Below are positions 27,699 through 36,129 of a stretch of 64,000 nucleotides of DNA, one piece after another. This stretch comes from a virus. The notes beneath the pieces were generated by a model. That model saw only the letters and a list, made by a program, of their open reading frames with translations, made no database searches and was not told where the DNA came from. The position numbers and the translations under genes are program-made. The stretch lies in IMG/VR virus record IMGVR_UViG_3300041955_000531, one strand, 5' to 3'. How positions within the stretch are numbered: the first letter of the stretch is position 1; each line of letters starts with the position of its first letter.

Positions 27699-28117
27699 CG
27701 GGTCGTCACAAACTGCAGACGCTGCACAGGCTTGCCAGTCTTCTGGTCGGTGACCTGCTTCTTGCCGATGAACTTCAGGCCGTTCTTCTTAGCCTGCTTC
27801 ATGGCAACCTTCTCGGCATACTTCGCCTTGAGCTCTTTCTGCCGCTTCATATTGAAGTTCGTGCTCTTATCATAGTCACTGATAATAGCAGTGAACGTCC
27901 CATCGGCATTCTTCTTGAACCCAACGTCATTGCTCGCTCCGCCAACCTGGCGACGCGGAATGATAATCTCGGCTCGCTGTTCGCGCTTGTCGCCGTGATA
28001 GCCTTCCAGCTGCTGAGGCTTCTCACTGACCTGCGGTTGATAGCCCATCTCTTTGAGGGCTTCAACTAAACAGTCTTGATCCGAGAACTGTGTTTCGATC
28101 TCGTTATATGCACTCAC
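27695..28117 (-). CDS. DUF1257 (Ycf35-like) protein
   Basis: LVEALKEMGY; LEGYHGD; NDVGFKKNADG; AAGGAG SD with GTG start. Confidence 0.8.
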   Translation of the reverse strand: MSAYNEIETQFSDQDCLVEALKEMGYQPQVSEKPQQLEGYHGDKREQRAEIIIPRRQVGGASNDVGFKKNADGTFTAIISDYDKSTNFNMKRQKELKAKYAEKVAMKQAKKNGLKFIGKKQVTDQKTGKPVQRLQFVTTR

Positions 28118-28127
28118 GTGTGTCTCC

Positions 28128-28250
28128 TTAGAGTTTATCCAAATACCCAAAGGTATGATCAAAAAACCAATCGGCTCCACGACCTAGCTTTTCGCATAGC
28201 CATCGAGCCCACTTGAAGTTCAAAATGAACGTATCATAGTCTGGGGTCAT
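28128..28250 (-). CDS. small hypothetical protein
   Basis: ATGA coupling. Confidence 0.45.
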   Translation of the reverse strand: MTPDYDTFILNFKWARWLCEKLGRGADWFFDHTFGYLDKL

Positions 28251-28918
28251 GGTTTCACAGGGGGTTGATACGGCTTGTAATACTTGATGCATGCTTCGTC
28301 CATGAACCATCCATATGCGGTTCGCGAAATCAGCACTAACTCCGGGCCATTGCCAACGGCCGGCTCAAAAGCGTACTGATCCTTACCTGCATACTTATTC
28401 AATAGGCTATTCTTGATGCCCTCGTAGTGCTCATCCTTTATAGCATATTGTATAGGATTCTTGCCCAAAGCCAAAAGCATGTCATACACCCGGTACTCGG
28501 GAATAGTCGAGCTTATCGCCATGAAGTTACAGATATTACCATTGATGACGTCCTCCCTCCGGTCAAAGTGTTCGCCGAAGCGTATCAGCTCGGCGTTGAC
28601 GGAGGACCCTCGTCCAATGGTCTGGATCGTGTAACGGCTACGGAACCTGTCGGACCGACCAGGTATAATCCTCTTGTACTTCCCGTCCTTATCTAGTTGA
28701 TGGGTAAGGATTTCCTCCCAAGGCTTGGGATCAATCCACTTATCCGTCATGAACAAGGCCTGTACCAGATTACCACACTTGGGACAGGTATGTGCATAGA
28801 CAAGAGGGAACTCTAACTCTTGCTCGTGGCTCCCCTCATAAGGGATGAACCAAAGCTTGGTACCATCCTTACTTGGTTTGATCACTTGTAGCCTCCGCGA
28901 CGCTAGCAGCAAAATCAT
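28247..28918 (-). CDS. hypothetical protein with CPKC motif
   Basis: ORF track. Confidence 0.65.
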   Translation of the reverse strand: MILLLASRRLQVIKPSKDGTKLWFIPYEGSHEQELEFPLVYAHTCPKCGNLVQALFMTDKWIDPKPWEEILTHQLDKDGKYKRIIPGRSDRFRSRYTIQTIGRGSSVNAELIRFGEHFDRREDVINGNICNFMAISSTIPEYRVYDMLLALGKNPIQYAIKDEHYEGIKNSLLNKYAGKDQYAFEPAVGNGPELVLISRTAYGWFMDEACIKYYKPYQPPVKP

Positions 28919-29297
28919 GACCGCTCTTCACAGCAAAAGATAGGTTTCGACCATGATACTTGTCCTTTCTGCCGCTGAACGTCTTAGCTGGTTGTATAGC
29001 GTCTTCATATAAAGCCCAATCAATAGTGATGGGCAACATCGGATCCTTCAAATCCCAAATCTTGAACTCCCAGTCAGAATGCTTTGGCTTCCAACATCCA
29101 ATCGTATACTTGGCATCCTTAAGACCATCAACTTTGATAGGTCCGGTGCCAAGATTACTGTATGCCTTCTCAGACGACCAGAAGTATTGTGTCTCATTCG
29201 GTCGCACGTCCAGACTGAATGAACACTCTACTGGCCCATACAACTGTGGGTCATTAGGCTTCTTGATAAGTACTACATACCCTTCATGATTACCCAC
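28869..29297 (-). CDS. hypothetical protein
   Basis: track ORF 28869..29321; GTG start after GGAGAG. Confidence 0.6.
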   Translation of the reverse strand: MGNHEGYVVLIKKPNDPQLYGPVECSFSLDVRPNETQYFWSSEKAYSNLGTGPIKVDGLKDAKYTIGCWKPKHSDWEFKIWDLKDPMLPITIDWALYEDAIQPAKTFSGRKDKYHGRNLSFAVKSGHDFAASVAEATSDQTK

Positions 29298-29805
29298 GGA
29301 ACTCTCTCCAGATGGGCTCAAACCATCTCATGAAAGGACTTACTTTATCAGCTGGAGGATTGGCTTCATTTCCTCCCTGATGATTCGTGTCCACGCCGGC
29401 AGCAGCAGTCTCCGGGACGTGTCGTCCAGCCCGTCCAATACTTTCTGGGCTGCCTTCTCCGCCAGCTGTTCCAGAAACTGCTCCTTCGATATCGCTTGTT
29501 CGGACATAAGACAGTGGATCCTCCGGTTGCATTTCAATCTGATTGTAGTGCTCATCATAAAAGTTGAGCACAAAATGTCCTTCATCCGCGCATACCTCTG
29601 CTGGATAAGGAGGGTCTCCAATGCCAGGATGATCAACAACCTCTGGATAAATAGCATACCAGCAAGGTCCTATGTCATCCAACCCATAGCTGAACCTCAA
29701 TAAGTGCTCAGCTATCTGGAGAGTGGAAGCAATATGGATGGTAGTACAATCCATCCAATGATTCCTCCACTCTCTATGTTCAACAATCCAAACGTAGTTA
29801 GACAT
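29290..29805 (-). CDS. hypothetical protein
   Basis: GAGGA SD before MSNYVW. Confidence 0.6.
   Translation of the reverse strand: MSNYVWIVEHREWRNHWMDCTTIHIASTLQIAEHLLRFSYGLDDIGPCWYAIYPEVVDHPGIGDPPYPAEVCADEGHFVLNFYDEHYNQIEMQPEDPLSYVRTSDIEGAVSGTAGGEGSPESIGRAGRHVPETAAAGVDTNHQGGNEANPPADKVSPFMRWFEPIWREFRG
29340..29507 (-). CDS. small helical protein nested in a different frame of the preceding ORF
   Basis: MSEQAISKEQFLEQLAEKAAQKVL... amphipathic, protein-like. Confidence 0.45.
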   Translation of the reverse strand: MSEQAISKEQFLEQLAEKAAQKVLDGLDDTSRRLLLPAWTRIIREEMKPILQLIK

Positions 29806-32800
29806 CTCTGTCCTCAATCATTTGAAACGTTTTCTCGTTTACGAAGATGCCTTTCTCTCCCTCTTCCTTAAGATAAGAGAGTAGCCCTTCGCGATCGCTA
29901 AGCACCCGGTCAACGAACCAACGCAAATCGACCTGGTGAGCGCGACGGTTAATGACCTTACGATCAAGTGCTTGTTCAGCAGCCGCCACTTTAGCATAAA
30001 AAGTGTTGTAGACATGTTCGTCAATGCTATTCTTAGCCATCAAGACGTACACATTACACGTACGGTTCTCTGAGGTAGGAGTGAATGCGCGAGACCATGC
30101 CTGTTGCTGTAGCCCCGGCTCCCACAAAAGATCGCAGCAAATGACCGTGTTCGCAGCCGAGAGATTGGTCCCTTCGCGGATCTGTCTTGTTCCAGCAATA
30201 AATATTTTCCTAGTAGGATCTTCAAGGAAAGCCTCGAAGTTTTCGTTTCTTTCATCATCATCCCATGTGCCGTCGAAGACGATCGGATTGTGCTCCGACA
30301 ACATCTTCGCCAGCGATTTTCTCATCTCTACGAAGTCCGTAAGAACGACCACCTTCTCGTTTGATGCCACCTTAGTAGCACAGATGTTCTGAATATCAGA
30401 CATCTTCCCGCCACCGAGTGGGCCATCGTAGATAGCAGGCTTACCGACCTTCTTAAGTTTGGCATTGAAGTACTCCGGACATGTGGCGCCGATGCGTAGA
30501 TACACCATCTGGCTAACCACCATGGCTTGGTTCAGCAAATGCCCTTGCTGCGCAACTTGAGCAGCGTACTGATTAAAGTTCGACTCAAAGTGGTTGATTG
30601 CTGCCACCATGAGCTGCGCTTGCTTTGGATCCATAGTCGATTCCACGCGATGAAACTCAACGTTCGGGTAGTATCGATTGGCCTTTGCGAGAGAGGCTTT
30701 AACGAGTTCATCTTCGTAGTTCCTTCGGACCATCTTTGAAGACATCAGCTCCCAGAAGGCAACTGGGTTCTTCAAATAAGGCAGCATCTTACGGCTGTCT
30801 TTTAGCCCGTGGCCTCGCTTGATGTTGATGTACTCACAGAAGCGATCGTAGAACTCTGTAGCTCCATCTTTCTGATGATACGGGAATGCCGCTGATCCTC
30901 CCTTAAACACCCAATGAAGCGGCCAAAACGCGTCCGCAGGAGTATTGGGCATAAGGGTCCCAGTAAGGCCCATGCGGCGCTTGGCCCGTATAGAACGGAT
31001 TGCTTTCCCCGTGTCAGAGTCCAATGATTTGATTGTATGTATCTCATCGATGATGGCTCCCGTGAAGTAGTCCTTGAGATGGACCTTCTTACTGCGGTCC
31101 GTCAGAATTCTTTGCTTGTAAGGCGCCGGGATCCAAACCGCGTCTGCTTGGTGGCATTCGTGGCAGTACCTGCCCTTAACGTTCTTGTCTTTGCAATCCT
31201 GATGGAACTTTAGGCCCCAGTCAATCCAACCGATGTAGCTATCCGGGAAGGTCACGGTCTCTTCAATGATCCCGTCAACCATCTTCCCTTCGTCGTTCTT
31301 GACCTTGCCTTTCTTCTGTACGACTTGGTCAACCTTGGCGCCAGTAAAGGACTTGATGTTCTGTACCTGGCCGCCGAGCTTTATCGGCTTAGCCCTCTTG
31401 ATCTTACGAGTCGTAGAGTCAATCGTATATCCCCACGCTGCGCCATTGATCGGGGCGCCCATGCGAGAAGTAAACTTTACCTTGCAATCGCACAGTTGGT
31501 TCCGGCAGATGTAACCACGCTCCTTAGTCCAGGAGATGGTCTTCTCCAACAGGAAACCTTCTGCGCTCTTGTTCTTCTTGACGTCCAAGCGCTCCAACGA
31601 TCGCTTACAGAAGGGACACTTGTGTTCGACAGTGATCTCCTTCCTATTCTCCGTGTATGTCCGATGCAGATAGCTTTGTCCCTTACGCCGGAAGACACGA
31701 TGAGGATCGAATGTCTTCTTCATCCAGCTGTAGGTCAGGAGGTAGAATGTTCCCGGCTTCTTAAGATCCTCCATGCTGTCAACCACGACATAGTTCTTAA
31801 GCCCAAGCCGCTCGAACTCCTTAACCGTGAATAGGCGTGCATTTCGTGGCGCAACAATAGCCACACGCTTACTGCCCCAAAACATGGCACAGACGATAGA
31901 CTCCGACGTCTTCCCCATGCGCATGAGCTTACCATTGAGGGTGCCACGCTTAAGAGCTTCCTGTACAGCATCGACTTTGACGTGGTCGTACAGCTCAAGA
32001 CCCATTGCATCCAGTCGCTTTTGGTACATAGCCAAGAGCTCGGGATACCTGACGGGTACACACTTAGAAGGTTCGTAGATGACTTTCTCTTCATAGTGAA
32101 AGTTGTTCTCCAGATCGCCGTTGAACACTGTCCATGGAAAGACTGTGTCATCTGCCATGATGATCTTGCAGCCGGGTGCAATAGCCACCTTGCTGATCTT
32201 CACCATGCCGTCTTGATGTTCCTTGGCGTCCTCGGCGTTTCCTCCGCCTTGTCCGCCGCGCGCTGTGTCAACCACCTGATACCGCTGGCCCTTGGTAAAG
32301 ATCCTTTGGTTATCAAAGTCAAAGTTCTTGGTACATTCAAGAATCATACCAGCCTCGACCTTCTCGAACAGCATCCGCTCATCCTTGAAGTCGGGCAGCA
32401 GGAAAGGAGTCAGCTCCTTAGCCAGGCGCTTCTCTTCTTTCTTGACCCAGTTACCCAATGATGGAGAGATTGTCACGCCCAGGTGATAGCGCGCGAGCAA
32501 TCTTACCATCGGATGTTCGTCCAGCTTCACGTTGACCAAGCTCCAGGCCCTGGTGGCCCGAGCAAAGTCCATGGGCTGAACATCCGGCAGCAACTGAATC
32601 TCTAGCTTCTCCCGAGTAGCCGTAAGAACCGGGTTAGCAAGCTGGGCGATTCGTTCTCTGATTTCGATAAGGGCAACTGCGGCATGGACATCGTTCGGTG
32701 TAATGACGATCTTACCGCCACCCTTGTGAAGAGTAACGGATGGAGTGTCAGATACTCCGAGGGGCAGAACTGCCTTATGAGCCTTCGCTTTCTTAACCAC

Positions 32801-32911
32801 CGGAGCGGGCGGAACATAAGGCTGTACGGGTGCGGACTGTTGATCATTCTGTTCCACTTCTACCTCATCGAGATCGAAATCAAGTGCATTTACGTACTCG
32901 ATTTTCTTCAT
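29798..32911 (-). CDS. SNF2-family helicase/translocase with large Cys-rich insertion
   Basis: MGKTS; IIDEIH; LTGTLMPN; EGTNLSAA; QAWSRA. Confidence 0.88.
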   Translation of the reverse strand: MKKIEYVNALDFDLDEVEVEQNDQQSAPVQPYVPPAPVVKKAKAHKAVLPLGVSDTPSVTLHKGGGKIVITPNDVHAAVALIEIRERIAQLANPVLTATREKLEIQLLPDVQPMDFARATRAWSLVNVKLDEHPMVRLLARYHLGVTISPSLGNWVKKEEKRLAKELTPFLLPDFKDERMLFEKVEAGMILECTKNFDFDNQRIFTKGQRYQVVDTARGGQGGGNAEDAKEHQDGMVKISKVAIAPGCKIIMADDTVFPWTVFNGDLENNFHYEEKVIYEPSKCVPVRYPELLAMYQKRLDAMGLELYDHVKVDAVQEALKRGTLNGKLMRMGKTSESIVCAMFWGSKRVAIVAPRNARLFTVKEFERLGLKNYVVVDSMEDLKKPGTFYLLTYSWMKKTFDPHRVFRRKGQSYLHRTYTENRKEITVEHKCPFCKRSLERLDVKKNKSAEGFLLEKTISWTKERGYICRNQLCDCKVKFTSRMGAPINGAAWGYTIDSTTRKIKRAKPIKLGGQVQNIKSFTGAKVDQVVQKKGKVKNDEGKMVDGIIEETVTFPDSYIGWIDWGLKFHQDCKDKNVKGRYCHECHQADAVWIPAPYKQRILTDRSKKVHLKDYFTGAIIDEIHTIKSLDSDTGKAIRSIRAKRRMGLTGTLMPNTPADAFWPLHWVFKGGSAAFPYHQKDGATEFYDRFCEYINIKRGHGLKDSRKMLPYLKNPVAFWELMSSKMVRRNYEDELVKASLAKANRYYPNVEFHRVESTMDPKQAQLMVAAINHFESNFNQYAAQVAQQGHLLNQAMVVSQMVYLRIGATCPEYFNAKLKKVGKPAIYDGPLGGGKMSDIQNICATKVASNEKVVVLTDFVEMRKSLAKMLSEHNPIVFDGTWDDDERNENFEAFLEDPTRKIFIAGTRQIREGTNLSAANTVICCDLLWEPGLQQQAWSRAFTPTSENRTCNVYVLMAKNSIDEHVYNTFYAKVAAAEQALDRKVINRRAHQVDLRWFVDRVLSDREGLLSYLKEEGEKGIFVNEKTFQMIEDRDV

Positions 32912-33093
32912 CGGTGCAGAACCTTCCCTAGTTTCATGATATCATACCGACCCTTCCCTAGGGTTCCAGCTTGCCAGCCGGCCCTATGGAAGTTATGTCC
33001 CGGGCTTGAACGAGACCAGAACATGTAGACGAGATCGATGATGGAAGCGATGATGATTCCACCAACGACCCAACCCCATTTCACATAGTTCAT
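32908..33093 (-). CDS. small membrane protein
   Basis: one hydrophobic segment; ATGA coupling. Confidence 0.55.
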   Translation of the reverse strand: MNYVKWGWVVGGIIIASIIDLVYMFWSRSSPGHNFHRAGWQAGTLGKGRYDIMKLGKVLHR

Positions 33094-33779
33094 TCTAACT
33101 CCGTGAACAGGAAAGACTTGTACGTTCGCTTTCCGCGCGTAAGCATTTTGCCCACCACTTCCTTTTTAGGAGCTCGGCCGAAGAGATAGAGCTGCGCAAA
33201 CGCCTTGACGTCGTCCGGAGCAACAAGGAGTGGAATAGGACTGACCCGAGGGAAAACATGCTTACCCTTCCGCCGATTAAGCCGTTTCCATTCCTGTGCA
33301 CGGTATTTGTCCATATACGCAAGTACCTGTTTCTCATTGGCTTGTAAGATTGCTTCTCTCTTCGCCTTGATTTGATCCAAGAACTTCTTCATGGGCAATG
33401 CGTCAGGCAAGGCACATAGACTATAATGCGTGTCGAAGCAGCGCCATGAGACTTCCTTAGGTGATAGCGAGCGCGTAGTAGAGACGAGTTTACCATCCAC
33501 ACCCCGATACCGCTGGGTAGTACGCAGGTCGCCCCAAGTCCAGGAATCGTTCCCCCGGGCCCGGTACAAGTAATAGTAAGCTTCGAGGAACTTTTCGGGC
33601 GTAACCCCGTTGCGCCCCAGTCCAAAATATAAGTAGTCCCTGACGGACATCTTGATGATTCTGAGTGCGATAGTTTGTTCCACATTTAACTCTCCCTTGA
33701 ACAACGATGCCATGAAATCGTCGTCAAGATTGTTGAGGCTCTTCTGGCCCCCGAACGGGTTCTTGCTCATCCCGGGCAT
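33090..33779 (-). CDS. hypothetical protein
   Basis: GAGGAGG SD. Confidence 0.65.
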   Translation of the reverse strand: MPGMSKNPFGGQKSLNNLDDDFMASLFKGELNVEQTIALRIIKMSVRDYLYFGLGRNGVTPEKFLEAYYYLYRARGNDSWTWGDLRTTQRYRGVDGKLVSTTRSLSPKEVSWRCFDTHYSLCALPDALPMKKFLDQIKAKREAILQANEKQVLAYMDKYRAQEWKRLNRRKGKHVFPRVSPIPLLVAPDDVKAFAQLYLFGRAPKKEVVGKMLTRGKRTYKSFLFTELE

Positions 33780-34077
33780 TCTCAACCTCCTCAAACTTCA
33801 CATCGGTCTTCAGCCGGACTGTGTTAAACTTGTATGCTTCCACGATCGTCTTGGCAGGACCGGCCAGCCCATTGATAAAGCGATGGCCTTTCTTCCTCTT
33901 AACGATCGTCAAGGTACCCAGTCCTTCGACATCTACATCTCGGCCTTCCTTGATGGCCTTCTTCCATACCTCTACGACCTGATCGACCAGCTTGGCTGCC
34001 TTACGTTGTGAGTAGCCTAACTGATCGACCAGGCGTTGTGCGAGTAAAGCCTTACCAGCTCTCAGTTTGCCTGGCAT
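33724..34077 (-). CDS. HU/IHF-like DNA-binding protein
   Basis: AAKLVDQVVEV..AIKEG..V.VEGLGTLTIVKRK; TAATG coupling to the DYWKKG stop. Confidence 0.75.
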   Translation of the reverse strand: MPGKLRAGKALLAQRLVDQLGYSQRKAAKLVDQVVEVWKKAIKEGRDVDVEGLGTLTIVKRKKGHRFINGLAGPAKTIVEAYKFNTVRLKTDVKFEEVENARDEQEPVRGPEEPQQS

Positions 34078-34610
34078 TATCCCTTCTTCCAATAGTCGCT
34101 GATTCTAATAGCATGTTCAACGAACTCCTCGACAGACAAATCTCTCTTGGCATAGTTACACTGCTTGCAACAAGGCACGCAGTTGTCTGGCGTGTATCCA
34201 ATGCTGGAATCTTTCCTGTCAACTCCATTATGCTTATAGGAATCACTGGGTGTAGTCCAAACAAGAGCGGGTTCTGCGCCGCAGTAATAACAACGTTGAG
34301 AAGTTATCTCCTTAAACTGCTCATCAGAAAGTTCCCAAGTCTGCCCTCTTTTTCGGGCTGCTTGTCTGTAAGCATTCAGAAGTGCTCGGAAAGATGACCC
34401 TTCTTTCTTTCTCTTGTTACTGGAAACAGCCTTTCGTAAACAACCGCAACTGAATGTATTCTTACCCAAATGTGCCTGGGATACATTACAGAAACGCTTA
34501 CATGTACATTGACATCTCCATACAGCTCCGCCGAACCTATTGTTCTTCAAGCGACGGATGACCGTCAGATGCCCGATGACCTTGCCTTTCAAATCGATTA
34601 AGTTTGCCAT
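34077..34610 (-). CDS. HNH-type homing endonuclease ending in the original PolA C-terminus
   Basis: DLKGK..WRCQCTC..SCGC; CYYCG; NGVDRKDSSIGYTPDNCVPCCKQCNYAK; ends ISDYWKKG*. Confidence 0.88.
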   Translation of the reverse strand: MANLIDLKGKVIGHLTVIRRLKNNRFGGAVWRCQCTCKRFCNVSQAHLGKNTFSCGCLRKAVSSNKRKKEGSSFRALLNAYRQAARKRGQTWELSDEQFKEITSQRCYYCGAEPALVWTTPSDSYKHNGVDRKDSSIGYTPDNCVPCCKQCNYAKRDLSVEEFVEHAIRISDYWKKG

Positions 34611-34698
34611 AACTACCTCCAGTCCTGATTAGTATAGGCTTTACCTATCTTACAGTTCAGTTGAACTGGATGAATGGCTAACCTTTCTTCCAATAATC
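34098..34698 (-). mobile_element. intron-less HNH cassette inserted at the polA 3' end, carrying a recoded polA terminus
   Basis: GATTATTGGAAGAAAGGTTAG (34678-34698) versus GACTATTGGAAGAAGGGATAA (34077-34097): 4 differences, all synonymous. Confidence 0.75.
34625..34636 (-). promoter_or_regulatory. putative phage promoter motif TATACTAATCAG within an RBS-occluding hairpin
   Basis: identical to motif at 7630; TCCAGTT (34670-34664) can pair with GACTGGA overlapping the GGAGG SD. Confidence 0.6.
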
Positions 34699-35664
34699 CG
34701 CCACGGTCACGTCCGTCTTGTGAATGATATGATCATGATTCGTCTGTCCCTCAGACGGAATCAACTGATTGTATGCCCACTGCATCCCGTCCACCATGAT
34801 CTTGTTGACCGCATCGACTTCGCTGTCCGGACAAGTGAGGACAAGTTCGTCATGAACGAAAAGGAGGAAATGGGCCTCGTGGATGAGAGGGCCAGAGGAT
34901 TGACCCCCGCGGAGATCGAGATAGATCTTGCTGACAGCCATCTTAAGGGCGTCAGCACATGCCGCTTGAATGGGGTGGTTACCTGTGTATCTTTTGATCT
35001 GACTGATAATCTCATTGTAACGGTCCTTCTCTTCCTTGCCGCCGTCAGGATCTTTATATGGTATTTGGTAGAACCTGTAATGGCCGCCTAAAGACTTGGA
35101 CCAGCCATACTTAAGACCGTGCTTGCCTTGTTTGTCCAGCCAGATCTTCAGACCCTTCGCCTTCTTGAAGTAGTCGTCGATCAGCTTCTCGGCTTGCTCT
35201 TCGGTGTAGGGAGGTTCGTTCGACCCTGGTTTTCGGCCGCTATTAATCTGTTTAGCCACCTGACCTGGGCCTGCGCCATACGGCACACCGAATGTTGTGG
35301 TCTTAATCTCCGACCGCCAGCCATAATATTGATTGTATAGGGGATGGTCTTCATGTTTGTATGCATAAAAGAAGTCGTCGTACGGTATCCCATGGACGTC
35401 CGATGCCATATAACAATGAATGTCCTTGCCCGAGTTCAAAGCCTCCAACAGCCACTCATCTTGAGACTCCCAGGCCATGATACGGACTTCAATCTGACTG
35501 TAGTCCGCGCCTAGGATCTTCCAGCCCGGGCGGGCCCTGATACCCTCTCGGATATCAGGGACTCGCCAGGCTATCCATGGCTGTGGATGTTTCTTATCGG
35601 CCGGGCAGAGATAGTACTCCCTTCCGTTGCTGATACCTAACAGCTCTGGTTTTACGCCGGCCAT
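34678..35664 (-). CDS. polA: family-A DNA polymerase, C-terminal (palm/fingers) subunit
   Basis: motif A ADYSQIEVR; motif B RSEIKTTTFGVPYG; NHPIQ; motif C VHDELV; own AAGGAG SD. Confidence 0.92.
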   Translation of the reverse strand: MAGVKPELLGISNGREYYLCPADKKHPQPWIAWRVPDIREGIRARPGWKILGADYSQIEVRIMAWESQDEWLLEALNSGKDIHCYMASDVHGIPYDDFFYAYKHEDHPLYNQYYGWRSEIKTTTFGVPYGAGPGQVAKQINSGRKPGSNEPPYTEEQAEKLIDDYFKKAKGLKIWLDKQGKHGLKYGWSKSLGGHYRFYQIPYKDPDGGKEEKDRYNEIISQIKRYTGNHPIQAACADALKMAVSKIYLDLRGGQSSGPLIHEAHFLLFVHDELVLTCPDSEVDAVNKIMVDGMQWAYNQLIPSEGQTNHDHIIHKTDVTVADYWKKG

Positions 35665-35673
35665 GTTGTCTCC

Positions 35674-36129
35674 TTACGGGGCGGAGAAGCCTATACTTTC
35701 GTCTTCGTGCTTCCCTTCCTCTTCATCTTGTTCGAAGAGCTCGGCGCCATCTTCTGAGGCAACCTCGCGACTTAAACCAGCCTTCTGCGCGCGCGTAGCA
35801 TTCCGGTAGTCACGTTCAGTGAACGCCGACTCGAGAATGATATTGCCTTCCTTATCTCGATAGGCCCACCATTGTGGTTCCACCTTCACCAAGCCGATGG
35901 CCTCACCAACCTTACGGTAGAAGCGGCCGACTGACTTTGTAGTCATGGCTCTGGAGATATCAAAATCTGCCACAGCCTCCTGAAGCTTGCGATACTCTTC
36001 CACGAGCGTAGTCTTATAGCGCTCATACTCGACGAAGAGTTCTGTTGCTTCCTGGAAGATCTCAGGATGTGACTCCTTGATCTCTGACAGCTTGTATTTC
36101 GTTGTACGGATGATCCTATTTCTTGCCAC
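35674..36129 (-). CDS. hypothetical protein with acidic tail, lying between the two polA halves
   Basis: GGAGG SD plus GTG at 36129; track ORF 35674..36216. Confidence 0.7.
   Translation of the reverse strand: MARNRIIRTTKYKLSEIKESHPEIFQEATELFVEYERYKTTLVEEYRKLQEAVADFDISRAMTTKSVGRFYRKVGEAIGLVKVEPQWWAYRDKEGNIILESAFTERDYRNATRAQKAGLSREVASEDGAELFEQDEEEGKHEDESIGFSAP

Noticed and set aside
31080-31710. Intein in the SNF2 helicase
   Set aside because: The insert lacks intein splice-junction residues and LAGLIDADG motifs; it is Cys-rich instead.
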